Positions 41,859-54,486 of a stretch of 61,629 nucleotides of DNA are shown here, piece after piece. The notes beneath the pieces were generated by a model. That model ran no database searches, had not been told where the DNA came from, and saw only the letters and a program-made list of their open reading frames with translations. The DNA lies in the sequence record DRR723986_7088, one strand, 5' to 3'. Position 1 is the first letter of the stretch. Each line of letters opens with the position of its first letter. The position numbers and the translations under genes are program-made.

Positions 41859-42743
41859 ATGGACACACAATCACTACAAGCGTTTCTATGTGTTGCCGAA
41901 TGCAGCTCATTCTCAGGCGCGGCGGAGCAGCTCCACCTCACCCAACCCGCAATCAGCAAGCGTATTGCCACACTGGAAAAGCAGCTCAATACCAAGCTAT
42001 TTGACCGCATTGGCCGGCATATTCACCTTACCGAGGCCGGTCGCGCACTGCTGCCGGAAGCGCAGCGCATTCTTCAAGACATCCGCGAAGCCCGCCGACG
42101 CATCGACGACCTTCGCGGCAGCGTATCGGGCCGCCTGTCGATGGGCATCAGCCACCACATTGGGCTACACCGCCTGCCGCCGGTATTGCGGGAATTCAGC
42201 CAACGATACCCAGATGTCCAGCTGGATATCGACTTTATGGATTCAGAGCAGGCCCACCACCGCATCCTCCACGGCGAGATGGACTTGGCAGTGATCACCC
42301 TATCTCCAAGCCAGGAGGAACATTTGAGCTTCCTGCCGGTGTGGCAAGACCAACTCACCGTGGCGGTCGCCAACGACCACCCTCTGAGTGACGCCGGTGT
42401 GGTAACCGCCGAAATGTTGAGCCAACACACCGCCCTACCCCCCGGGCTGAACACCTATACTGGGCAAATTATCAAACGTCTTTTCGATGAGGCCGGACTG
42501 GAAATGAATATTGGTATGTCCACCAACTACCTTGAGACCATCAAGGTCATGGTGAGCATCGGTTTAGGTTGGAGCATCCTGCCGCAAACCCTTCTGGACG
42601 ACAGTGTTACCGCCCTGGAACTGAAGAACATGCAACTGAGTCGCACCCTGGGCTGCGTACACCACCGCAACCGCAGTCTGTCGAATGCATCGCGCGCCTT
42701 CATAGACCTTTTACCAAATATTGATCACGGCGGCGTGAAGTGA
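41859..42743 (+). CDS. LysR-family transcriptional regulator divergent from leuC
   Basis: SFSGAAEQLHLTQPAISKRIATLE...LFDR..LTEAG. Alternative start at 41841. Confidence 0.95.
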   Translation: MDTQSLQAFLCVAECSSFSGAAEQLHLTQPAISKRIATLEKQLNTKLFDRIGRHIHLTEAGRALLPEAQRILQDIREARRRIDDLRGSVSGRLSMGISHHIGLHRLPPVLREFSQRYPDVQLDIDFMDSEQAHHRILHGEMDLAVITLSPSQEEHLSFLPVWQDQLTVAVANDHPLSDAGVVTAEMLSQHTALPPGLNTYTGQIIKRLFDEAGLEMNIGMSTNYLETIKVMVSIGLGWSILPQTLLDDSVTALELKNMQLSRTLGCVHHRNRSLSNASRAFIDLLPNIDHGGVK

Positions 42744-43369
42744 GGAGCCAAGGCCAGCAATTGCTCTGGCGTATCGACGTCGCTGTAAATACCCGGGTCA
42801 CTGACGTCGATAAACCGACGCGTCGACGCTGGATCTTGGATTACTCCCTTCCCGCCCTGCTCGCCCATTACCGCACATAGCGCCGGCCAATATTTTCTAC
42901 CAAAGGCCACCGGGTGACCGACCCGCCCTTGACAGCGTGGCACGACAATATCGTCCGCAGAGGCAGCGTTAATCAGCTGAGAAATCGTGGTAATTCGCAG
43001 CAGCGGCAAATCTGCCGGCATGATTAATACCGCCTCAGGCAAGCTCGGCGGCAACGCGTGAGAGCGCAACCGCTCTTCGGTGCAGTCGAAGTGCTGCAAC
43101 AACGCGCGCATACCCTCGGCCAAGGAGAAGCCCATGCCTTCTTCCGCTCGGTGTGCATAGAAACACGGCGCATCGAGCTTTGCCGCAACGTTATTGTGGC
43201 GGTCGGACTCACTCAACACGGCGAAAGCCTGCGCTCCCGCCTTGCCAGCCCGCCGGATTAAGGCAGGCAGCATCTCACCACCTTTGGGAAGCGGCGTGAA
43301 TCGCTTGTCCTGTTCGCCAAAGCGACGACTGCGGCCAGCGGCCAACAACAATAACGGCAACACCGCCAT
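42725..43369 (-). CDS. molybdenum cofactor cytidylyltransferase-like nucleotidyltransferase (MocA/YgfJ family)
   Basis: LLAAGRSRRFG..DK, ADLP, GHPVAF, DVDTPE; coupled to xdhC. Confidence 0.85.
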   Translation of the reverse strand: MAVLPLLLLAAGRSRRFGEQDKRFTPLPKGGEMLPALIRRAGKAGAQAFAVLSESDRHNNVAAKLDAPCFYAHRAEEGMGFSLAEGMRALLQHFDCTEERLRSHALPPSLPEAVLIMPADLPLLRITTISQLINAASADDIVVPRCQGRVGHPVAFGRKYWPALCAVMGEQGGKGVIQDPASTRRFIDVSDPGIYSDVDTPEQLLALAPHFTPP

Positions 43370-44325
43370 TACACAGCCCGTTTACCACTGCGCAACTGGG
43401 TTAACTCTGCCATGACCGCCACAGCGATTTCCATCGCCGACTTACTGCCAATGGGCAAACCTACCGGAGCGTGAAGGCGATCAATTTGCTCGGCACTTAA
43501 GTCGAGCTGAAGCAGGCGTTGGCGGCGCTTTTCAGACGTTCGCAATGAACCCAAGGCGCCGACGTAGTAGCAGTTTTCGCACAAGGCCTGCATCAAGGCC
43601 ATATCGTCGATACGCGGGTCGTGGGTTAGGGTAATGACGATGCTATGCGCATCTGCGGCATGTTCTGCCACCACGTCATCGGGCATGCCGGGCAACACCG
43701 TAACCGCAGGCAAAGACCAGCGCTGTCGCCGGTCATCGCGCGGGTCACACACGAGCACGCGATAATCCATCGCCAAGGCAAGCTCCGCAATGCAGCGAGC
43801 CAGCTCGTTAGCCCCAACCAGTAATAGCTGAAAGCGGGGGCCAAAATCCTGCTGTAAGGTTGTCTCGCCCAGGCTCAACGCCTGGCAGTGTTCCAGGCCT
43901 TGCAGAGACCAGTCCCCGCTTTGCAAATCAACCTGCCTACGCATCGCCCTGCGCTCATCCAAGGCGAGCAAAAGGCGGCGAATATCTGCTAAGTGGCTGG
44001 CGGTAAGCGGCTCGATGAAAATTTTCATACGGCCGCCACAAGGCAGCCCAAAGCGCTCGTTCTCCTCTGGGCTGACACCATATTCCAGCAACTCACAGTG
44101 AGTGGCGGCGAGTTGCCCGGATGCCAGCTTCTCCAGGAGATCATCCTCTATACACCCACCGGACAGCGAACCTGTTAACGCGCCGTCAGCGGCCAAAAAC
44201 GCCATCGCCCCGAGCGGCCTGGGCGACGCGCCAAATGTCGCTGCAATCGTACATAGCCAGCCGTCCTGCCCCTCGTCAACGGCGCTCGCCGCAGCAGCCA
44301 AAACCAGTTGATCGGTATTTTTCAA
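43369..44325 (-). CDS. xdhC: XdhC/CoxI-family molybdoenzyme maturation factor
   Basis: GSLSGGCIE, GLPCGG, LTHDPRID, YVGALGS, APVGLPIGS. Confidence 0.9.
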   Translation of the reverse strand: MKNTDQLVLAAAASAVDEGQDGWLCTIAATFGASPRPLGAMAFLAADGALTGSLSGGCIEDDLLEKLASGQLAATHCELLEYGVSPEENERFGLPCGGRMKIFIEPLTASHLADIRRLLLALDERRAMRRQVDLQSGDWSLQGLEHCQALSLGETTLQQDFGPRFQLLLVGANELARCIAELALAMDYRVLVCDPRDDRRQRWSLPAVTVLPGMPDDVVAEHAADAHSIVITLTHDPRIDDMALMQALCENCYYVGALGSLRTSEKRRQRLLQLDLSAEQIDRLHAPVGLPIGSKSAMEIAVAVMAELTQLRSGKRAV

Positions 44326-44393
44326 ATGCCATCCCCAGATTTATACAACCCTAAACATCCCCAACATTATGAAACCAGCCATTTAAAAAAGGC

Positions 44394-44421
44394 AAAAAAA
44401 ACGCCGCATAAAGCGGCGTTT
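44394..44421 (-). terminator. intrinsic terminator of TonB receptor 1
   Basis: Minus strand AAACGCCGC-TTTAT-GCGGCGTTT plus T-tract. Confidence 0.85.
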
Positions 44422-44440
44422 ATAGCGTACTACCGACGGA

Positions 44441-47032
44441 TCAATACCAGCGGTAAGTACCCTGAATGGCAAAGCTACGTGGCGGCTCAACGAAACCGTA
44501 GTGGCCCGTGCTACCGAAGATGCTGTTCGCCAGCGGCGTGTCGTTGGAGTAAGAAATTACCGTTTCATCGGTTAAGTTCTTAGCCAGTAACGCCACTTCC
44601 CATCCAGCAGATACATCTGACAAACCCAGACGCAGGTTAGTCTTCACGTAGGCATCCTGCTCCTGGCTCGGGTCGAGGTTTTGCGACGAGTTGTAGTCAC
44701 CGGTGAAGACGAAGTCCGCACCACCGCGGAATTCGATATCACTGGTCAGCATCGTGGTGTATACAAAGGTCAAGTTACCAGAGTAGTCAGCTACGTACTG
44801 GTTGGTCTTACCTTTGTAATCACAGTACGCCACGCCATCAACAACGCTATCGGCAGGCTGGCCTTGGTAACACTGACCATTATCGTAGTCGGTGAATTCA
44901 AAATCCAGGAATGCCAGGGCACCGGTCATCATCAGGTTTTCAGTTAATGCAATACGGCCATCAAGCTCGATACCCATAGTTGTTGCGGCACCGGCATTAC
45001 CCACATTGAAGCCGAGCGTACCATCAAAGATACTTACCTGAAGGTCGTCGTACTCAGTGTAAAATGCTGCGATGTTCAACTCAGCAGCTCCATCCAGCAG
45101 CGTTGTTTTCGCACCGATTTCCAAGCTCGTCGCCTGCTCTTCTTCATACTCGAAGCTACCCACGAGGATCAGTGGATCACTGTCAGGATTTTGCAGAGGA
45201 CGAATCTGGTTGTTGTCCGGCGATGCATTTGAACGTGCATCGTAGCCACCAGACTTGAAGCCGCGCGACAAGGTACCGTAGAGCATCGCGTCGTCGTTCA
45301 CATCGTATTGCAGATTCAACGACGGCGAGATGTTTTCCTCGGTACGAGAACCACTCAAATCGTGACGCTCAGCGGAGAAGTTCTTCGCCACAACCGTGTC
45401 GATTTCACCCTCATCTGGGCGCTCACCGGTTGCACGGTTTACAAAGTCTAATTTACGGCTACCGTCTTTGGTTTCGCGCGAATAACGCAGACCCAGTGTC
45501 GCACGGAATAGATCGGTCACGTTCCAGGTGGTTTGCAAGAACGCCGAGAACAACTCGGTTTCTGTCGTAAAGTAACGCGGTGTACCCAAGTCGCGAATTG
45601 CATCACCGGCATCGCCAAAACCACCCAAATCAAGTGCGTTTAGACCATCAGGGCCTAACAGTGGTTGTAGCAAGCCTGAAAGTGGGCTCGGCAACAGGCT
45701 GAACAAGACGTCGTCCAGAGGGCCGCCCTCAAGGTCGAACGGGGGACGCTCACCACGGCCACCCGCTTCCTGAATATCCGCAGCATTCAACAGGCCAGGC
45801 AGGATATCACTGTCTACACGGATGCTATCAAAGAACTCAAGCTCACTCTTTTGATAGAAACCGCCGGCGATAAATTCAAAGGTTTCACCGACAGGCGATA
45901 CCCAACGAAATTCCTGGCTGAACTGGTCGTAGTTTTCTTCAGCGCCCACACTGAATACTGGCGCGCCAGTGAAGTCACAGTCACACAGCTCTTCGGTATC
46001 GTAACCCAGCAATCCAGTGATAAAAGTAAACTGGTGGCCTTCACGATAATAATCAACGTTCAGCGTGATGTTCTGCGTGTCGTTGTAGCTGTAGTCACCG
46101 TTCGACGAACGCTTAAAGTCCTGCTTGTTGTTCAGTACAGAAGAGTCCGCATCAACAGAGGCCAATACAATTGGACCGGCTGCAACTTCAGTGAAGTCTA
46201 GAATCTCTGCGTAGGTGCGGCCGTTGAACGAGCCCGTGCTCGAGGTTGACGGCTGATCATTGATGATTTCGATCTGGCGGCCATCAACATCAAACTTACC
46301 CACTTCCAATTTCAGGGCAGCAACCAAGTTTTCAGTTGCATCCCACTCAAAGATTGCCCGAATGGTTCCCTCGTCGCGCGTTGGCTCGTCGCGATTCAAG
46401 GTCAGGTTTTCCATATGGCCATCGATATCGCGCTTACGGATCGCAAGACGCGCACCCACGGTATCCGTTAACGGACCAGACAATACCAAATCGATAATTT
46501 GCTCGTTGAAGTCGGGCTCGTATGTCGCCGACACAGAGCCTTCAAACTCTTGTCCGGGACGCGCTGAAATCAAGCTTAGCGCACCAGCAATACTGTTTTT
46601 ACCAAACAGGATATTTTGCGGGCCACGCAAAACTTCGACGCGGGCCAGGTCAAGAAAAGGTGCGCGCGTCAGCTGCGCACGGCCGTAGCTGACACCGTCA
46701 AAATACATACCCACGGACTGTTCAAAACCCGGGTTGATGCCCGAGCCGATACCGCGAATGTAGATGTTCGTACCGATCCCCGTCTCTGACATTGTCAGGT
46801 TGGGTACATATGCTTGCAGGTCTTCAACTTTGGCGATACCCGCCTCAGCCATTTTGTCGCCGCTCACAGCGTTCACGGATACCGGAACATCCTGCAAGCT
46901 TTCTGCCCGCAGTGTTGCAGTAACAATAACTTCTTCCAAAGCGGGTGCTGCAAACAGCGGTGTTGCTGCTACAGAAACCGCCGCTGCCAGCGCCGAGCGC
47001 CGAAAACGTGCTAATGATTTATTCAAGGTCAT
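44441..47032 (-). CDS. TonB-dependent receptor (paralog 1)
   Basis: Signal peptide, TonB box LEEVIVTA, plug motifs IRGIG and RVEVLRGPQ, terminal aromatic residue (YRWY). Confidence 0.95.
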   Translation of the reverse strand: MTLNKSLARFRRSALAAAVSVAATPLFAAPALEEVIVTATLRAESLQDVPVSVNAVSGDKMAEAGIAKVEDLQAYVPNLTMSETGIGTNIYIRGIGSGINPGFEQSVGMYFDGVSYGRAQLTRAPFLDLARVEVLRGPQNILFGKNSIAGALSLISARPGQEFEGSVSATYEPDFNEQIIDLVLSGPLTDTVGARLAIRKRDIDGHMENLTLNRDEPTRDEGTIRAIFEWDATENLVAALKLEVGKFDVDGRQIEIINDQPSTSSTGSFNGRTYAEILDFTEVAAGPIVLASVDADSSVLNNKQDFKRSSNGDYSYNDTQNITLNVDYYREGHQFTFITGLLGYDTEELCDCDFTGAPVFSVGAEENYDQFSQEFRWVSPVGETFEFIAGGFYQKSELEFFDSIRVDSDILPGLLNAADIQEAGGRGERPPFDLEGGPLDDVLFSLLPSPLSGLLQPLLGPDGLNALDLGGFGDAGDAIRDLGTPRYFTTETELFSAFLQTTWNVTDLFRATLGLRYSRETKDGSRKLDFVNRATGERPDEGEIDTVVAKNFSAERHDLSGSRTEENISPSLNLQYDVNDDAMLYGTLSRGFKSGGYDARSNASPDNNQIRPLQNPDSDPLILVGSFEYEEEQATSLEIGAKTTLLDGAAELNIAAFYTEYDDLQVSIFDGTLGFNVGNAGAATTMGIELDGRIALTENLMMTGALAFLDFEFTDYDNGQCYQGQPADSVVDGVAYCDYKGKTNQYVADYSGNLTFVYTTMLTSDIEFRGGADFVFTGDYNSSQNLDPSQEQDAYVKTNLRLGLSDVSAGWEVALLAKNLTDETVISYSNDTPLANSIFGSTGHYGFVEPPRSFAIQGTYRWY

Positions 47033-47221
47033 ATGACCTCCAGATGCCTTGTTTTATTATGACTGACCCCACTGGCGCGAATGCTCCAGTAATGTCCCCT
47101 CCAGGATTCCCGCGTCGCATTGCTGCGCGCAAGGTAATGTGATCGCCGACAACATATACGAAATAAGGTGTCTTCGCAATGTCACGAAAGCTTATCGTTG
47201 TAGAGCATATAGCTCAAGGTT

Positions 47222-47253
47222 AAAAGCAAAGGCGCCGCTATAATGCGGCGCCT
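47222..47253 (-). terminator. intrinsic terminator of TonB receptor 2
   Basis: AGGCGCCGC-N6-GCGGCGCCT followed by TTGCTTTT on the minus strand. Confidence 0.75.
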
Positions 47254-47273
47254 AAGTGTAAGCCAGCTTGTGC

Positions 47274-49646
47274 TTACCAGCGCCAGCTTGCTTGAACTGC
47301 TACGCTGCGTGGTCTTTCAATAAACGCATAGTGGTTAACGCTGCCGAAGCTGCTGTTCGCCAACGGCGTGTCGTTGGAATACGACACCACCTCTTCGTCA
47401 GTCAGGTTTTTACCAACCAGCGCCAATTCCCAACCGTCCTTCACATCGGCAATCGCCAAGCGCATATTCACTTTCACGTAGCCATCTTGCTCCTGGCTAG
47501 GATCGAGGTTTTGCGACGAGTTGTAGTCATCGGTAAAGACAAAGTCAGTGGCCGCACGAAACTCCATGGCATCGCCAAAGCTATGCGTGTAGTTGAATGC
47601 CAAGTTACCTGAGTAATCGGCAACGTATTGGTTAGTCTTGCCCTTGTAGTCACAGAAGGCGACGCCATTCACGACAGAGTCTGGAGTTTGCCCTTGGAAA
47701 CACTGACCGTTTTCGAACTCAGTAAACTCGAAATCAAGGAAGGCGATCGCTGCACTCATCACTAGTTCATCGGTGAGAGCAATACGGCCATCGAACTCAA
47801 TACCTTGAGTTTCAGCTTTACCAGCATTGCCGACATTAAAGCCGAGGGTACCATCGAAGATACTCACCTGGAGATCGTCGTACTCAGTCATGAACACGGC
47901 AACGTTCAGCTCAGCACGCCCGTCCCAAAAACTGCTCTTGGCGCCGATTTCTAAGCTGGTTGCTTCCTCTTCGTCGTATTCAAATGAGCCAATGATGACG
48001 CTGCCCGCTGCGTTGGGAGCAGCGCTTGGCGATGCGTTTGAGCGTGCATCAAAGCCGCCGGACTTGTAGCCGCGGCTCGCCGTTGCGTACACCATTACCT
48101 CATCGGTCGCATCAAACTGAACATTGATCGACGGGGCGAGCTGGTCAGTGTCTTGAGTGTCTTCCAAATCATGCCGTTCAATTTTGAAAACCCCCGCTAG
48201 AACACCGTCCACCGTACCCAGTGGCCGTTCGTTGCCCTGCAGGTCAGCAACTGTCAGGCTACGCGAGCCGTCTTTTTCCTCTTCAGAATAACGCAGGCCG
48301 AAGTTGGCGCGTAAGCGATCTGTAACGTTCCAGGTGGTCTGCCAGAACACTGACCACAGCTCAGCGTCTGAGCTGAAGTAGCGTGGTGTTGTGGTATTGG
48401 CAATGGAATTACCCGCCGCTTGCGACCCCGTAGCGGCTGCAACAGCGGCAGGGATAATCGCGCTATCGATCACAATGCTGTCATAGAAATCGAGGTTGCT
48501 GGTTTGGTAGTACAAGCCACCAATATGTTCAAAGGTTTCCCCTACGGGTGAGGCCCAGCGAATTTCTTGACTGTACTGCTCATAATCCTCACTGAACGGC
48601 ACACTAAAGACATTGGCGCCGGTGAAGTCGCAGTCACAGAGCTCGTCAAATTCGTACTCCAATGCCGCAGTGATGAACGTCAGCGTGCCCTCGCCCAGAG
48701 CGTAATCAACGTTCAAGGTAATATTACGCGTCCGGTTATTGCTGTAGTCCCCGTTCGAGGAGCGCTTGTAATCCAACCCGGTATTCAGCACCGAGGGATC
48801 CGCACCAAACTGCGCTACCAGAATTTGACTGTAGCTCGCGCCACCAAAGGCCGGATTCGTTGAGGGCTGGTCGTTCACAATTTCAATTTGGCGACCATCA
48901 ACATTGAATTTACCCAACTCGAATTTCAACATCGCCGTCAGGTCTGCACTCGCCTCCCAGTCCAAAATTGCGCGGAAAGTACTCTCATCACGAGCTGGCT
49001 CATCGCGGTTCAGGGTGAGGTTTTCAATGTAGCCGTCCATCGAGCGTTTGCGCATCGCGATGCGCGCGCCCAAGGTGTCGGTAAGTGGACCCGACAAAAT
49101 GAAGTCGACAATTTGCTCTTCGTGATCCGGCTCGTACAACACCGATAGCGAACCTTCCTGCTCGTCTCCTGGTCGCGCAGAAATAAGGCTCAGTGCGCCA
49201 GCGATACTGTTCTTTCCGTAGAGAATATTTTGCGGACCACGCAATACCTCAACACGGGCCAAATCTAGAAAGGGTGCCCGCGTTAACTGGGCTCGGCTAT
49301 ATGAAACGCCATCAAAATACATACCGACGGACTGTTCAAAGCCGGGGTTGATCCCAGACCCGATCCCCCGAATATAGATGTTTGTGCCAATGCCTGTCTC
49401 CGACATTGACAGGTTGGGTACATAGGCCTGCAGGTCTTCGATTTTGTCGATACCGGCTTCCTGCATTTTTTCACCACTGACCGCGTTCACCGATACCGGC
49501 ACGTCTTGCAGACTCTCGGTTCGCAGGGTTGCGGTTACCAAGACCTCTTCAAGAGCTGGGGCAGCAATCGCTGACGACAGTGGACTTAACCCTGCTGTCA
49601 TTGCCGCCGAAGCCAAACCAATGGAGCACACACGCATTATCTTCAT
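47274..49646 (-). CDS. TonB-dependent receptor (paralog 2)
   Basis: Signal peptide, LEEVLVTA, plug nearly identical to paralog 1, terminal SWRW. Confidence 0.95.
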   Translation of the reverse strand: MKIMRVCSIGLASAAMTAGLSPLSSAIAAPALEEVLVTATLRTESLQDVPVSVNAVSGEKMQEAGIDKIEDLQAYVPNLSMSETGIGTNIYIRGIGSGINPGFEQSVGMYFDGVSYSRAQLTRAPFLDLARVEVLRGPQNILYGKNSIAGALSLISARPGDEQEGSLSVLYEPDHEEQIVDFILSGPLTDTLGARIAMRKRSMDGYIENLTLNRDEPARDESTFRAILDWEASADLTAMLKFELGKFNVDGRQIEIVNDQPSTNPAFGGASYSQILVAQFGADPSVLNTGLDYKRSSNGDYSNNRTRNITLNVDYALGEGTLTFITAALEYEFDELCDCDFTGANVFSVPFSEDYEQYSQEIRWASPVGETFEHIGGLYYQTSNLDFYDSIVIDSAIIPAAVAAATGSQAAGNSIANTTTPRYFSSDAELWSVFWQTTWNVTDRLRANFGLRYSEEEKDGSRSLTVADLQGNERPLGTVDGVLAGVFKIERHDLEDTQDTDQLAPSINVQFDATDEVMVYATASRGYKSGGFDARSNASPSAAPNAAGSVIIGSFEYDEEEATSLEIGAKSSFWDGRAELNVAVFMTEYDDLQVSIFDGTLGFNVGNAGKAETQGIEFDGRIALTDELVMSAAIAFLDFEFTEFENGQCFQGQTPDSVVNGVAFCDYKGKTNQYVADYSGNLAFNYTHSFGDAMEFRAATDFVFTDDYNSSQNLDPSQEQDGYVKVNMRLAIADVKDGWELALVGKNLTDEEVVSYSNDTPLANSSFGSVNHYAFIERPRSVAVQASWRW

Positions 49647-49798
49647 GAACAGACTCTCCTAGGAGCTACTTATTGTTTTAAACATAACCTTACGCACTTT
49701 TTGTCGCGCACGATCATGTCCCGATGAAGTCTATATAGTCGAATATAGCTGTCTAATGTGGGATTTACCTATTCGTTAGCGTGAATAGTAGTAGTTTT

Positions 49799-50257
49799 TT
49801 AATAAATACCCATCTCCAGTCCGGCTACCATCGCTTCCGCGAGCTCTTCTAGCGCCGCAAAGTCTTCAGCTTGCGGTGGCCCTTTACAGATAATCGCCTC
49901 GGTGACCGGCTTCAATACCATGCCTTTAGCAATGCGCTGAAGCGCTCGCACTGCACCTTCGCCATCATTGCCGGTGCACAAGTACGCCGCGTAGGGAAGA
50001 ATCAGTTCGCGCGCGCAGGCGGGGTAAAAACTTCGATCCAAAAAATCCTTCAATGCGCCAGGAAGCTGACCAAAATTTTCAGGGAAGACCAACAACAGCG
50101 CTTCAGCCCATATGACATCTCGACTACCCGCCTCGCTCGCGCGAAGCAGGCGCACGCTAGCGCCGGCCGCCTCGGCACAACGCGCTGCCGCGTAGGCGAG
50201 TCGTAAATTTCTACCCGACTGACTGTGATACACAATAAGTAAATTGCTTTTAGCCAC
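49799..50257 (-). CDS. flavodoxin-family protein
   Basis: LLIVYHSQSGRN, PENFG, LKDFLDR, GNDGEGA; GTG start with GGAG RBS. Confidence 0.8.
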   Translation of the reverse strand: MAKSNLLIVYHSQSGRNLRLAYAAARCAEAAGASVRLLRASEAGSRDVIWAEALLLVFPENFGQLPGALKDFLDRSFYPACARELILPYAAYLCTGNDGEGAVRALQRIAKGMVLKPVTEAIICKGPPQAEDFAALEELAEAMVAGLEMGIY

Positions 50258-50372
50258 ACTTACTCCGCCTGATATTTTGTTGGTACTGTGTTCACTCGGC
50301 TCTGCCCCTAGCGGTAAGATAACGCAGCACAGCCATTGCCATCCATAGACCACCAACTAGAAGCCAGAATTT

Positions 50373-50813
50373 ATGAAGTATCTACATACCATGGTGCGGG
50401 TCGCCGACCTTGAGGCCTCAATGCATTTCTACTGCAACCTACTGGGCCTGACAGAAGTGGCGCGCTATGACAGCGAGCAAGGGCGCTTCACGCTGGTTTA
50501 CCTGAGTGCAAGCGCAGATAAAGAACAAGCAGAAAGGGGCAAATGCCCCACGCTGGAGCTGACCTATAACTGGGACCCAGAGAAGTATGATGGCGGACGT
50601 AATTTCGGCCACTTGGCGTACCAGGTAGACGATATTTACGCCTTGTGTAAAAAGCTGCAAGACGGCGGGGTCGTCATTAACCGCCCCCCTCGCGATGGCC
50701 ATATGGCCTTCGTGCGATCGCCAGACAATATTTCCATTGAGCTTCTGCAAGCAGGTGAGGCGCTGCCTCCGGCAGAGCCTTGGCAGTCCATGCCCAATAC
50801 CGGCGAGTGGTAG
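50373..50813 (+). CDS. gloA: lactoylglutathione lyase (glyoxalase I, VOC family)
   Basis: [39 protein letters not shown]. Confidence 0.88.
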   Translation: MKYLHTMVRVADLEASMHFYCNLLGLTEVARYDSEQGRFTLVYLSASADKEQAERGKCPTLELTYNWDPEKYDGGRNFGHLAYQVDDIYALCKKLQDGGVVINRPPRDGHMAFVRSPDNISIELLQAGEALPPAEPWQSMPNTGEW

Positions 50814-50816
50814 ACC

Positions 50817-54377
<3,561 letters not shown>

Positions 54378-54486
54378 TATTCGGCCCTTATCTGCCTGTT
54401 ATACGGCCCGCTCAACACACTCGACGCGGACTTCGTCCTGTTCGAGTCGCAATTGGCGATATTGTTCCACGCGGGCACCGAAATAT

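Noticed and set aside
47137..47156. CRP-like site (TGTGA...) upstream of TonB receptor 1
   Set aside because: The second half-site (ACAAC) does not match TCACA at N6 spacing.
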